This document shows positions 10,302 through 20,044 of a stretch of 64,000 nucleotides of DNA, one piece after another. The notes below the pieces were generated by a model that saw only the letters and a program-made list of their open reading frames with translations, made no database searches and was not told the DNA's origin. The DNA is taken from assembly GCA_965222605.1 (NCBI GenBank), contig OZ244960.1, positions 6,208,001-6,272,000 on the forward strand. The letters run 5' to 3'. The DNA is from Candidatus Latescibacterota bacterium (GTDB lineage Bacteria; Latescibacterota; UBA2968). Both the position numbers and the translations under genes were made by a program. Each line of letters starts with the position of its first letter. Positions within the stretch are counted from its first letter, which is position 1.

Positions 10302-11656
10302 GAATTGCTCAGGGCGCGGTTGAGGAAGCGAATGCCCCGACGCGCTTCGGTTTCTATGTGAAGGGATTTGTCTATGCCCGATCGTGCGAAAATCCGAATG
10401 CCGTCGAGTTGCCCCAGTCGAAATGTGAGGATAAATGCAACGCCATCGGCGAACTGTATTTTGGCTTTGTCTGCAGCCAATGTGAGTTGGGCATTTTCAT
10501 ATATTCTGCTTTGAGGCGTTTTCAGTCGAGAGAGTGCGCGTTGGATGCGGGTCAAGCGCACGAGTTCTGCAGAGAGACCAGCCGATGTGCGAAAGCTGGA
10601 AAAACCAATGCGTCCCGCAGGTCGATAGCCTTTGAGTCCGTCGGATTCCGCTTGTTGCTCGGGCTGATCTTTGCCTGTTGATGGCAATGGGGTAGGGGTG
10701 TGCGCTGGCATGCTCATCGTGGGGCGCGCGACATGGACTTCTGGCCGTGAACCAAAAAATGATGACGGGCTTGCGCCTCTGTCCAGATTGGGTGCCGAAA
10801 CACGGGGCGGTGTTTTCAATCCGCCGAGCGACGTGCCGAGTGGCCTGTCGAGTTGGCGCGGAATATCGGGTAAAGATGCGAGTGCCAATTTCGGTTTGTC
10901 TGGCAGCGCGATTTTTGGACGTGGTGCAGGCTTTGGGAGAGCCTGTACCCTGGGTTCTGGTTCTGGTTTTGTTGCGTCGGCTTGCACATTTTTGCTAAGA
11001 TCAAAGACGCCCTGCGCGCTTACGAGCATTTCTTCAAAATTTGTGACAATGGCTTTGAATGCCCGTCCCCCCTGGGGTGGACTGGCTGCCAATAGCAAGA
11101 CGATGCCCAGCGCAAATGCGCCGGCCAATGCGGGCAAAAAGCGTTGCTGTGTGCGTTGAATAGGGGCAAACGCCAAACGGATGGGTTGCGGTTGGAGGGG
11201 CTGGACAGGCGCAAGGGCGATGGCGATTTCTATTTCATGCCGGCGAGTGGGGAAGTGCGTCCAGAGTTTGGAAAGCCCCAGGTGGTTCTGTTTGGCTACA
11301 AGTGCACATGCTTCGTGGAAAATATGGCCTTTGTAGCAGCGATTGATGATTTCGCGCGAAGGCAATTTGGAGTGGCTCGATGGCGAATCTGCGCTTGTTT
11401 TCCCCATGCGATCCTCAAAGCTGTCGATTTCCGATGGAAGAACATATCCCTGGTCTCGCAACTGTTTGGCGAGGTGTTCGATGGCTTTATGATAGTCGCT
11501 CGTAAAGTCTTCGGGCGAGGGGTAATTGCATGCTCGGCGCGCCTCAGACAAGTTGCGAGCGCGCAGTGTGGCCGATAACACGCCAAAGAGTTTGAGATGA
11601 TCCCGTCGCATGCTTTCAAGAGCGCTTTGGATCAAATTTTTTTGTTGGGGAGACAT
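10298..11656 (-). CDS. Single-TM protein with Pro-rich periplasmic linker (TonB/TolA-like topology) and unknown terminal domains
   Basis: Likely start MSPQQK; TM FLPALAGAFALGIVLLLAA; PEPEPRVQALPKPAPRPK linker; follows exbD-like gene. Confidence 0.65.
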   Translation of the reverse strand: MSPQQKNLIQSALESMRRDHLKLFGVLSATLRARNLSEARRACNYPSPEDFTSDYHKAIEHLAKQLRDQGYVLPSEIDSFEDRMGKTSADSPSSHSKLPSREIINRCYKGHIFHEACALVAKQNHLGLSKLWTHFPTRRHEIEIAIALAPVQPLQPQPIRLAFAPIQRTQQRFLPALAGAFALGIVLLLAASPPQGGRAFKAIVTNFEEMLVSAQGVFDLSKNVQADATKPEPEPRVQALPKPAPRPKIALPDKPKLALASLPDIPRQLDRPLGTSLGGLKTPPRVSAPNLDRGASPSSFFGSRPEVHVARPTMSMPAHTPTPLPSTGKDQPEQQAESDGLKGYRPAGRIGFSSFRTSAGLSAELVRLTRIQRALSRLKTPQSRIYENAQLTLAADKAKIQFADGVAFILTFRLGQLDGIRIFARSGIDKSLHIETEARRGIRFLNRALSNS

Positions 11657-11660
11657 GTTT

Positions 11661-12191
11661 TTACAATTTTCTTTTTTGGCTTTCAAGCCCCCATTGCACG
11701 GTCTTAAATCCGCTGGAGTTGAGGGCGTCGTACACACCAACGGTATAAGTCACGGTTGCATCGCGTTCAAAATAGAGGCGCACCAGAATATCGTTGGGCG
11801 CAAACCCATGTTGTGCCTGTAGTGCGAGTAAGGCTTTTTTTACGGATAAAAATACAGCGCGTTCAATGCTAATTTGGTCGTTATCTGCGCGGTCTTGAAA
11901 GACCATGTGCTCTTCAGTGGCAACACCGCCTTTGTCAAATTGCACATAGGATTTGCCGATGATGATCTGCAAAAACCGTTCATCTGTGGGGTGGGGTGCA
12001 GAGCCTTTTTCGTCGGGTGCTTTAATAAAGTTGAGTTTTTGTGCGTGAACAAAGCGGTTGTGCAAATTGGCGAGATGGGTTTGCCACACGTTCTGGATAA
12101 TAAAAAATGTAAGCAGCAAAAACAAGACGTCAATAAACCCTTCGCCCGTGTCTAAAAGTGCTGCCAGAGGTCGCCTGTTGCGATGTCTCAC
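11661..12191 (-). CDS. ExbD/TolR-like protein (divergent)
   Basis: FIDVLFLLLTFFII TM with the conserved Asp; C-terminal V..VYDALNSSGFKTV. Confidence 0.75.
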   Translation of the reverse strand: MRHRNRRPLAALLDTGEGFIDVLFLLLTFFIIQNVWQTHLANLHNRFVHAQKLNFIKAPDEKGSAPHPTDERFLQIIIGKSYVQFDKGGVATEEHMVFQDRADNDQISIERAVFLSVKKALLALQAQHGFAPNDILVRLYFERDATVTYTVGVYDALNSSGFKTVQWGLESQKRKL

Positions 12192-13468
12192 GCCTCACGT
12201 CTCCCCTCAACCTGATAAAAGTGCTGAATCAGGTTGAGCATGCGCGCCCGATGTTGCAGACTGTGGGCTTTGATTTTGCGTATGAGGATCATGGATAAAA
12301 TGCGTCCGAGGAATCCAATGGCTGTGGTGACAAGGGCAAAGTTGATATAGTGTGCCATTTTGAGCTGGGTTTGGGCAGGACCTTCGCCCACTTTCATCGT
12401 GTCTTCCAAAATTTTGAAGGCGTCTATCATGCCTATCACCGTGCCCAAAAGGCCCATGGTGAGCGATAGAAGACCCAACATGCCAAATCCCTCGGAGAGG
12501 CGATCTTCAATTTCATCGAAGAGAAGATAGATTTTGTCGGTGCATCGCTCGACCAATCGCGCCTGGTCAGATGCGATTTCAGATTCGACAGATGTGAGGA
12601 TGGCATATAGTTCTGTGTTTTCAGACAAGGCGTAGTCGGCGTTGTATTGACCGCCCCATAGCAGGTTAATACCTTGCTTCTGAACGATTTGCGCGTCGGA
12701 ATTGGTGAAGAAGCGGTCGGGTGACAGGTCGTGAGACAAGGCCTGGGCATAGCGTACAACCATATAGAAGGGTAAAGCAATCAGGAGCAGGATCAAAACT
12801 GTAGAAAGTGGACCACTGATGTTGGAGATATAGCGTCCGATGGATTCGGCCAAATCACCGCCGCGAACAACCGTGGGTACGGCATTGTCGGCTGCAAATG
12901 CGATTTGGATGTCCTCAAACTTGTATTCGACCATCTGCGTATTGGGCGCAATGGGACCATCGGCTGTTTGGTCAAAGTCCATCGCATAGATCCGGTTGTT
13001 GTGTTGAAAGCTCAAATCGTCGATCACGGCGCTGTGGCTGGCGTTGCGCGTGCGAATGACGAGGCTGTCGATGGGCAGGTCGGGTATTTCGATCCATTCT
13101 CGCTGTGTGCCGGTGTGATATGTCACGTCACTTCCCTGTGTGTGTATAATCACTGTGATGGGCAAAAAGCGATCCACATTTTTGAAGCGGATATCCGTGA
13201 CTGCTATTTTTTGTTTTGGATTGTCGGGTTGTTGGAATGTGACGGTAAGTGCTTTCCAAAAAGTCCCCCCCTGAAGGACTTGCCCGCCTTGCAGTCCCGT
13301 GATGGCTCCGTCGAGCCAGATTGCCGCTTTTGTGCAGATATAGAGGCCAATAAAGAGGGTAGCAAGATAAAGTGCTACCTGAGCAATGGGACTTTTTTTG
13401 ATAGTGGGATGATTCAGGATCAGTGCCATGTATTCGCGGTATTTGGGCATGCGATAAGAAATCTCCAT
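12188..13468 (-). CDS. MotA/TolQ/ExbB proton-channel family protein with large N-terminal extracytoplasmic domain
   Basis: GLLGTVIGMIDAF and FALVTTAIG channel motifs; about 180-aa soluble insert between the first two TMs. Confidence 0.85.
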   Translation of the reverse strand: MEISYRMPKYREYMALILNHPTIKKSPIAQVALYLATLFIGLYICTKAAIWLDGAITGLQGGQVLQGGTFWKALTVTFQQPDNPKQKIAVTDIRFKNVDRFLPITVIIHTQGSDVTYHTGTQREWIEIPDLPIDSLVIRTRNASHSAVIDDLSFQHNNRIYAMDFDQTADGPIAPNTQMVEYKFEDIQIAFAADNAVPTVVRGGDLAESIGRYISNISGPLSTVLILLLIALPFYMVVRYAQALSHDLSPDRFFTNSDAQIVQKQGINLLWGGQYNADYALSENTELYAILTSVESEIASDQARLVERCTDKIYLLFDEIEDRLSEGFGMLGLLSLTMGLLGTVIGMIDAFKILEDTMKVGEGPAQTQLKMAHYINFALVTTAIGFLGRILSMILIRKIKAHSLQHRARMLNLIQHFYQVEGRREA

Positions 13469-13570
13469 GTGTGCGTTACGTAGCGGACAGATTTGAGCAA
13501 TTTAAGGATTTACCCAGAAATTATCCACCAAAACTTTTGGAGAGAAGCATACGGGGCGAAATTGGTACTG

Positions 13571-13623
13571 AAAAAAGGCCCCATCTGAAATCGCTTGCAC
13601 GATCTCAGATGGGACCTTTTTTT
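13571..13623. terminator. Bidirectional intrinsic terminator
   Basis: AAAAAAGGcCCCATCTGA...TCAGATGGGaCCTTTTTTT inverted repeat with A/T tracts on both sides, downstream of the minus-strand cupin gene. Confidence 0.75.
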
Positions 13624-13644
13624 AAAGCGGAATTATCATTTCTT

Positions 13645-14376
13645 TTATCCTGCGATGATCATATAGCTCAACCATTCGCTGTGGGGATTCTCGATGTGGT
13701 AGGATGTGCCGGGGGGTAAGTGAACTGCATCACCTTCTGTAATGTGCTGTTCACCGTTGGGAATGACGAGGATGCCCTGGTTTTCGAGAATCCAGAAGCC
13801 GAGTTCTATGTCGTCATAACACCGCGCAATGCTCTGTTGGCCGGGTTGTACGGCTTCTCGGTCGATAAAGGCGATGGATTTTAAGCATCCCGTGTTTTCT
13901 TCGCCAACAGGACCGAGTTGATGCCAGCGAATTGCGCCCGCACCATCGCTTGCGGGCAAAACGTCTTCCCAGTTGCGGATCACACATTCGCCCCGGGGTT
14001 CGGTGTCGATGTTTTTGCTGAGGACGAGGTGTTCGAGCCACTCATCATTCATGTCGTTGAACATCTGATGATAAATATCGGCAGGCAAATATACGGCATC
14101 GCCGGGGCGCACGGGAAAGCGGTCGTCTCCAACGAGGACCTCGCCACTGCCGCTGAGGATGTAATACGCCTGTTCGACTTGCGGGTGTTTGTGGTGGTCA
14201 GAGGTTTTGCGTCCTTGGAGTCCGTGTTTGACAACGCCTTGAAGATTGTGCAACTGTGGTGAGTCATCTTCGTCGTGTTTGGGTGTCGCATTTCTCTGTC
14301 TTAATCCCGGCCAGCGAATCGCGCTCAGATGCGCCACTTCGGGTTGCTGATCTCGCCAGTTTTTGATGTGTGCCAT
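13645..14376 (-). CDS. Double cupin-domain protein
   Basis: HHKHPQVEQAYYILSGSG...GDAVYLPADIYHQ, plus a second degenerate cupin (GDAVHLPPGTSYHIEN). Confidence 0.85.
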   Translation of the reverse strand: MAHIKNWRDQQPEVAHLSAIRWPGLRQRNATPKHDEDDSPQLHNLQGVVKHGLQGRKTSDHHKHPQVEQAYYILSGSGEVLVGDDRFPVRPGDAVYLPADIYHQMFNDMNDEWLEHLVLSKNIDTEPRGECVIRNWEDVLPASDGAGAIRWHQLGPVGEENTGCLKSIAFIDREAVQPGQQSIARCYDDIELGFWILENQGILVIPNGEQHITEGDAVHLPPGTSYHIENPHSEWLSYMIIAG

Positions 14377-14499
14377 ATTTGCCTCTTGTTAGTGTGGAAA
14401 AATTTGTGGGACACTAAGTTAATACGATTGTCTTGTGCCGCAATTCAAAAGTAGGTGGGGGATTCTCTTAATATTAATTGTGTAAAAAGGAGATCGACA

Positions 14500-15960
14500 A
14501 TGTATGATCCCTATTCACTAATTGGCGTGCGATCGTTTATCAATTGCTGTGGTACGCGAACGATTCACGGGGGTACACTGATGTTGCCGCAGGTGCGCGA
14601 AGCGATGATGGCTGCTTCGCGCTTTTTTGTCAACATGGATGAACTCATGGCGGGGGTGGGTAAGCGTTTGGCCACGCTTACAGGAGCAGAGTGGGGGATG
14701 GTAGCCCCTGGCGCGGCGGCATGCATGTGTCACGCAACAGCAGCCTGTGTGACGGGTGGCGATCCCGAGTTGATGTTTCGATTGCCCGATACAAGTGGGA
14801 TGAAGCGCGAGGTCGTCATGCCCAGAGAAAGTCGATTTACGTATGATCACGCCATTCGCTCGGTAGGGGTGACGATCGTGGAGGTGGCTAATCTCAGGGA
14901 AATGGATGCGATGCTCGATCGGGAACAGGTGGCTATGGTTGCCTTACTGGGGACCTGGGAGACGGATATGACACTTGAATCGGTTGTTGACATGGCGCGC
15001 AGGAGAGATGTTCCCGTGCTGGTTGATGCAGCGTCGGAGCATCTCCAATCTCCTGAACCCTATACCAATCGCGGTGCGAATTTGGTCGCTTATAGCGGGG
15101 GCAAATACCTGCGCGGACCCCAGCCTACGGGATTGTTATTAGGTGACCGCGATCTCGTCGAGGCCGCCTGGGTTCATGCGGCACCTCATCACACGCTTGG
15201 ACGCGCGATGAAGATTGGGAAAGAGGAGGTTATGGGCATTTTAGCGGCTGTGGAATATCTGCTAAAGGAACGCGATTCCGAGAGTGAATACGAGGGCTGG
15301 ATTACCAGCCTTGAGACGATTGCACAGCATGTGACGGATGTATCGGGCGTAGAAGCAGAAATTCTCGCGTCTGATCAGTCAGATGTTCCCCGGTTGGAAA
15401 TCCAGTGGGATAGTGACCGCATTGGTCTGACCGGCCTTGAATTGCGCGAACAACTTTTGTGCGGTGATCCTCGCATTATGCTGGATGATCGCGGGGCAAC
15501 GGATACATCTATTTTTATTTTGCCGTTTTCGCTACAATCTGGGGAAGCAGATATTGTTGGCGGGCATATTCGCGACGCATTATCCCACGCACCTTTGCCT
15601 TTGAAAGAAAAGGCGCGAGAACCCATTGATGTGTCGGGTGCATGGGAAATTGAAATCGCGCTTGTAAGAAAAATAGCGCGTCATCGCGTGGATATTGAAC
15701 AAATTGCCGGCGTTTTAACAGGTGATCACCAGACGCGCGGGCTAATAAATTCGTTGAACGGCTCAGTGAATGGAGATAAAATCGTATTGACGAGCCAACA
15801 TCGATTTGAGGGAACCCATCTATCTTATCGATTTGAGGGAACGGTGTCGGGTAACGAAATGCGCGGCGAAGTTGAAATGGGCAGTTCGGGACAGTCTGCA
15901 CCCGGGCCGTTGAATCAGCGCGAATATGGCACTGCGAGATGGCGGGCGGTGAGACGATAG
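14500..15960 (+). CDS. SelA/DgaE-like PLP-dependent enzyme with C-terminal beta domain
   Basis: Start at MYDPY with AAGGAG RBS; FINCCGTRTIHGG, VLVDAA, YSGGKYLRGPQ (PLP Lys), GRAMKIGKEE. Confidence 0.8.
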   Translation: MYDPYSLIGVRSFINCCGTRTIHGGTLMLPQVREAMMAASRFFVNMDELMAGVGKRLATLTGAEWGMVAPGAAACMCHATAACVTGGDPELMFRLPDTSGMKREVVMPRESRFTYDHAIRSVGVTIVEVANLREMDAMLDREQVAMVALLGTWETDMTLESVVDMARRRDVPVLVDAASEHLQSPEPYTNRGANLVAYSGGKYLRGPQPTGLLLGDRDLVEAAWVHAAPHHTLGRAMKIGKEEVMGILAAVEYLLKERDSESEYEGWITSLETIAQHVTDVSGVEAEILASDQSDVPRLEIQWDSDRIGLTGLELREQLLCGDPRIMLDDRGATDTSIFILPFSLQSGEADIVGGHIRDALSHAPLPLKEKAREPIDVSGAWEIEIALVRKIARHRVDIEQIAGVLTGDHQTRGLINSLNGSVNGDKIVLTSQHRFEGTHLSYRFEGTVSGNEMRGEVEMGSSGQSAPGPLNQREYGTARWRAVRR

Positions 15961-15978
15961 GCCACTTGAGGACTGGGA

Positions 15979-16971
15979 CTATTTGGAAATGGATACAGTT
16001 TTTCCATTTTTGCCCGATTCCATTGCCGCAAAGATGAGTGCCATTGTTTTGCGTACATCTTGAGCTGATGCTTGTGCGAGTGGGCGATTGTTGCGGATAG
16101 CTGTGAGAAATTCGAGATGAATGGTGGGTTCGCCAGCGAGGAGAACGGTTTCGGGTATGTTCTGTTCTTTGCCGTTGAGCAATAAAGGTCCACGGGTACT
16201 GTTGAGGTGAATGACGCCTTCATCGCCCATTACGATCCATTCCGTGCCGCCCTGATGGTGAAATGAGAGGGCACAGTTGAGGATGGCATTGCTTTCTGTT
16301 GTGGCGATGAGGGAGACTTCGTCTTCGATGTCGATATCGGGGTGTGGGTCGATGTTTTGCACGATTGCAGAGACGGATACGGCTTTTTCATCCATCCACC
16401 ACAAGAGTACATCGAGCGAGTGAACGCCAATGCCGGGGAGAATGCCGCCCGATAATTCCTGACGCGCAAACCAGCTATTTTCGTCGCCGCCGCGGCCCGA
16501 CCCAAGTCTGCGGTGGATGACGTGGCGAATTTTTCCTACAGCTTTTTCTTCGAGTAGCTTTTTGACCTGACGAATAGCTGTTGAAAAACGCTGGCTCTGT
16601 CCAGACATGAGCAATTTGCCTTTGGCTTCGGCTGTAGCGATCATGTCATCGACATCTGCGAGGGTGAGAGCCATGGGTTTTTCGATAAGGGTGTGCAATC
16701 CTTTTTCGAGACAGGCAATGGTGTAATCCCGGTGCAGGAAGTTGGGCACGGCAATAATTGCAGCATCTGCTTCCACGTTTGCAAGTGCCTGGTCGAGGTT
16801 GTCAAAGGTGGTTGACACGCCATACTGGGTTTTTAGATTGTTGCGGGCGTCTTTCGACGGATCAACGCCAGCGACAATGAGACCGAGTTCCGGCAGGGAC
16901 TTCAAACTATTGGCATGGCCCAAAGCCATGCGACCACAGCCGACGAGCAAAATGCGAATGGGGGGCTTCAT
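15979..16971 (-). CDS. Gfo/Idh/MocA family oxidoreductase
   Basis: LVGCGRMA, EKPMA, GGIL..IGVHSLD. Confidence 0.9.
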   Translation of the reverse strand: MKPPIRILLVGCGRMALGHANSLKSLPELGLIVAGVDPSKDARNNLKTQYGVSTTFDNLDQALANVEADAAIIAVPNFLHRDYTIACLEKGLHTLIEKPMALTLADVDDMIATAEAKGKLLMSGQSQRFSTAIRQVKKLLEEKAVGKIRHVIHRRLGSGRGGDENSWFARQELSGGILPGIGVHSLDVLLWWMDEKAVSVSAIVQNIDPHPDIDIEDEVSLIATTESNAILNCALSFHHQGGTEWIVMGDEGVIHLNSTRGPLLLNGKEQNIPETVLLAGEPTIHLEFLTAIRNNRPLAQASAQDVRKTMALIFAAMESGKNGKTVSISK

Positions 16972-17008
16972 CGTGTTCTCCGTTTACAGGATGGGTTGAT
17001 CAGGTGTC

Positions 17009-17512
17009 TTATGTCTTTGAGACGGTGCGAAAGCCCAGGCGTTTGTAGAGGCGAACGGCGGGTTCACGCCAGAGAGCTGTGTTGAGATAGGCATCGGCAT
17101 ACCCGCGGGCAACGAGTTCTTTAAGTGCGCGAAGGGTGAGAGCGTAGCCGAGTCCATGCCCACGGTATTTGGGATCGGTACCAACCCAGTGGATAAGGCC
17201 AACTGGGCCTCCTCCGTAATAGGCTTCCCACGCGCTGGCAGTTGCGACCATGTAATCGTCTTTGAGAGCAACAAAAATGCGCTTGTAGTCGCAACACGGT
17301 TCACGGGTGAATGTGGTGTGAAAATTGTCGATGGTCCAGGGTTTTCCGCCTTCTTCGCCAAAAGCCTCATTTTTCATGCGAACCCATTCTTCTTCTTCTC
17401 CGAGCCAGAGCGAGCGAATTGTGAAGCCTTCAGGCTCAGTGTATTCGGGAAGTGGATGGCTGAGAGGGCGGTGCATGCGAATGCTGCTTGTGGGATTGGA
17501 CGCAACGTTCAT
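17009..17512 (-). CDS. GNAT family N-acetyltransferase
   Basis: VGTDPKYRGHGLG acetyl-CoA motif; AVRLYKRLGF. Confidence 0.9.
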   Translation of the reverse strand: MNVASNPTSSIRMHRPLSHPLPEYTEPEGFTIRSLWLGEEEEWVRMKNEAFGEEGGKPWTIDNFHTTFTREPCCDYKRIFVALKDDYMVATASAWEAYYGGGPVGLIHWVGTDPKYRGHGLGYALTLRALKELVARGYADAYLNTALWREPAVRLYKRLGFRTVSKT

Positions 17513-17514
17513 CG

Positions 17515-18525
17515 TTAAAAATCCAGGAATACGGTTGCCGGACGATTGTTTTCAATGGATTCGATTATGGCACAGCATACGGCGACGGACCGCGCACCAT
17601 CAACCGCGTCGATCAGCGGTTTTTCACCACGTTCAATACAGGTTAAAAAGTGGTCGAGTTCCTGGGGACACGTATGGTCTTCTGCGCGAATTTCAATTGG
17701 TAGCTCAGACCATTCTTCAATGTGGGGCATACCGCCGATGAAGAGTTTGTTGTTGTGAATGGATCCTCTGGTTCCGTGATAGCTAAAGTTGAGGTTATAA
17801 GGGATTTCAGCGCCACAGGAGACCAGGCATTTGCCCAGGGCACCGGATTCAAATTTTAAGCCTGCAATAACCGTGTCGTACCATGGTGCATCGGGAATAT
17901 TTTTGTTCACGCCATACGCGCTTACTTCAACGATTTCTCCGGCGATCCACCGCATCAGGTCTAAGGGGTGGCACGCCCCGCCGATAATGGGCAGTTGGCC
18001 TTCTTTTTCCGTGTCCATCCACCAGTCGTGACCCGGCAAAGGCAGGAAGGGTTTGAGGTCGTGGATATAATCGCCTTCTACAAAACAGGCTTCTCCCAGC
18101 GTGCCGTTGTGAACGAGATGGTAAATGGTTTCAAATATGTTGCTAAATCGCGCGCCGTGACCGACCATGACTTGTCGCCCGGATCGTTTGGCTGCATCGA
18201 CGATTTTTTGACAGTCTTCAACCGTAACGGCGAGGGGTTTTTCCACAAAGACGTGCTTGCCCGCGTCGAGCGCAGCGATGGCTTGATCTATGTGTTGTGA
18301 GTTGGGCGTGCAGAGATAAATGATGTTGATTTCGGAGTCGGACAGGACGCTCTCGTATTCTGTCGAGATTTTATCTGCGCGATATGTCGCTTGTAGATCT
18401 TTTGCGATCTGTTCGCTGCGCGGCGTTGTACATATCGTTCGCAAATGTGCATTGGGATGTGCTGAGATGGCTTTGATGTGCTCGCCACCGATATAGCCCG
18501 TTCCTATCACGGCAATCGCGTTCAT
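17515..18525 (-). CDS. Gfo/Idh/MocA family oxidoreductase
   Basis: VIGTGYIG, GKHVFVEKPLA, CHPLDL. Confidence 0.9.
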   Translation of the reverse strand: MNAIAVIGTGYIGGEHIKAISAHPNAHLRTICTTPRSEQIAKDLQATYRADKISTEYESVLSDSEINIIYLCTPNSQHIDQAIAALDAGKHVFVEKPLAVTVEDCQKIVDAAKRSGRQVMVGHGARFSNIFETIYHLVHNGTLGEACFVEGDYIHDLKPFLPLPGHDWWMDTEKEGQLPIIGGACHPLDLMRWIAGEIVEVSAYGVNKNIPDAPWYDTVIAGLKFESGALGKCLVSCGAEIPYNLNFSYHGTRGSIHNNKLFIGGMPHIEEWSELPIEIRAEDHTCPQELDHFLTCIERGEKPLIDAVDGARSVAVCCAIIESIENNRPATVFLDF

Positions 18526-18557
18526 TGGGATACCTCCTGTAGTTTATCCAACAGGGC

Positions 18558-18613
18558 GTGAAAATGTAAGATTGAAAATGTAAAATTGAAAACTAAAAAT
18601 CGAGTGGTATATT
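18558..18613 (+). promoter_or_regulatory. Divergent promoter region with three 14-nt direct repeats and a putative sigma70 promoter
   Basis: gTGAAAATGTAAga-tTGAAAATGTAAaa-tTGAAAActAAaaa; TTGAAA...TG-G-TATATT upstream of the sulfatase. Confidence 0.45.
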
Positions 18614-18639
18614 AAACTTCATAACATGGAGGTGAGAAT

Positions 18640-20016
18640 ATGGCACAAAAAGATCGACCAAATGTGTTATTCATTTCGTTTGATGATTTAAATCACTATG
18701 TGGGGTTTTTAGATCGTGCACCGAATGCTGTGACCCCTCATTTTAATCGATTGGCCGAGCGGTGTACAGTATTTGAACGCGCGTATTGTCAGGCGCCAAT
18801 TTGCAATCCGTCTCGGGCGAGTTTGATGAGTGGGTTGCGACCATCCACTACGGGTGTTTATAATAATCGACAGCCGCTCAGATTTTCGGAAGCGGGAAAG
18901 AATTGCGTGACTTTGCCACAGTACTTTCGGCAAAACGGCTATTTCACAACGGGCAGTGGCAAGGTATATCACGGTAAATTTCCCGATCCAATGTCGTGGG
19001 ATTCTTATGTGCCGAGTTTGTTCAACCAATCGCATTCCGGCGCGGAACCCGATCATCATCCTGTAAATGGCATGGCGGGTATGGGCAATCTGGACTGGGG
19101 ACCGATGGATGTTGCCGATGAAGATATGCAGGATTACAAGGCTGTGAGTTATTGTGTTGAGCAATTGCATGAAAGGCATGACAAGCCCTTCTTTTTGACG
19201 TGTGGATTTAAGCTGCCACATCTGATGTGGCATGTGCCGAGGAAATATATAGAGGCTTATGACCTGAGTGATCTTCATCTGCCCGAGACATTGGCAAATG
19301 ATCTGGATGATGTTCCCGAGGTCGCGCAGCGATGGGCGAATCAGAAACCGCATGCGCGCATCGTAGGAGCAGGGCAATGGAAAGAAGCGATTCGGTGTTA
19401 TCTGGCGTGTATCAGTTTTGTCGATACACAAATTGGACGATTGATAGATGCGCTGGATGCAAGTGCTTATGCCGAGGATACAGCAATTGTTTTGTGGGCA
19501 GATCACGGGTGGCATTTGGGCGAAAAAAGCCACTGGAAAAAGAGTACGTTGTGGGAAGAAGCCACGCGCGTGCCCTTGCTTATTTCGGCTCCGGGGTATT
19601 CGCCCGGCACCTGTTCAAAGCCCGTGGGATTGATCGATATTTATCCTGCGCTGATTGCGTTGTGCGGCTTGCCAGATCACAAAGGATTGGAAGGCCGAAG
19701 TCTGTTGCCTTTGATGGAAAATCCCAACCGCAACTGGCCCTTTCCCGCAATCACTACACACGGGCGTGGCAATCATGCCATACGGTCTGAGCGATGGCGA
19801 TATATCTGTTATGCAGATGGATCAGAGGAGCTTTACGATCACAGGCATGACGAGATGGAGTGGGAAAATATGGCGCATAGCCCTATTTTACGCGAGGTCA
19901 AAGAGCTTTTGGCACAGTGGTTGCCCGAAAACGATGCGCCGGATTCTGAGATTGTCGAATGGCCTGAAGAGACAGAAAGCTATCGGGCGAGGATAGAGGT
20001 GATGATGGACGAATAG
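18640..20016 (+). CDS. Cys-type sulfatase (iduronate/choline sulfatase-like)
   Basis: PNVLFISFDDL, CNPSR formylglycine motif, GKVYH, ADHGWHLGEK. Confidence 0.92.
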   Translation: MAQKDRPNVLFISFDDLNHYVGFLDRAPNAVTPHFNRLAERCTVFERAYCQAPICNPSRASLMSGLRPSTTGVYNNRQPLRFSEAGKNCVTLPQYFRQNGYFTTGSGKVYHGKFPDPMSWDSYVPSLFNQSHSGAEPDHHPVNGMAGMGNLDWGPMDVADEDMQDYKAVSYCVEQLHERHDKPFFLTCGFKLPHLMWHVPRKYIEAYDLSDLHLPETLANDLDDVPEVAQRWANQKPHARIVGAGQWKEAIRCYLACISFVDTQIGRLIDALDASAYAEDTAIVLWADHGWHLGEKSHWKKSTLWEEATRVPLLISAPGYSPGTCSKPVGLIDIYPALIALCGLPDHKGLEGRSLLPLMENPNRNWPFPAITTHGRGNHAIRSERWRYICYADGSEELYDHRHDEMEWENMAHSPILREVKELLAQWLPENDAPDSEIVEWPEETESYRARIEVMMDE

Positions 20017-20044
20017 ACAAAGGTGGATACAAGCTGATCGCTTC

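Noticed and set aside
11661-13468. Zorya (ZorAB) defence system
   Set aside because: The partner is ExbD-like with no OmpA domain, there is no long ZorA tail, and zorC/D/E are absent.
14500-15960. True selenocysteine synthase selA
   Set aside because: It has a DgaE-like architecture, and no selB, selC or selD is nearby.
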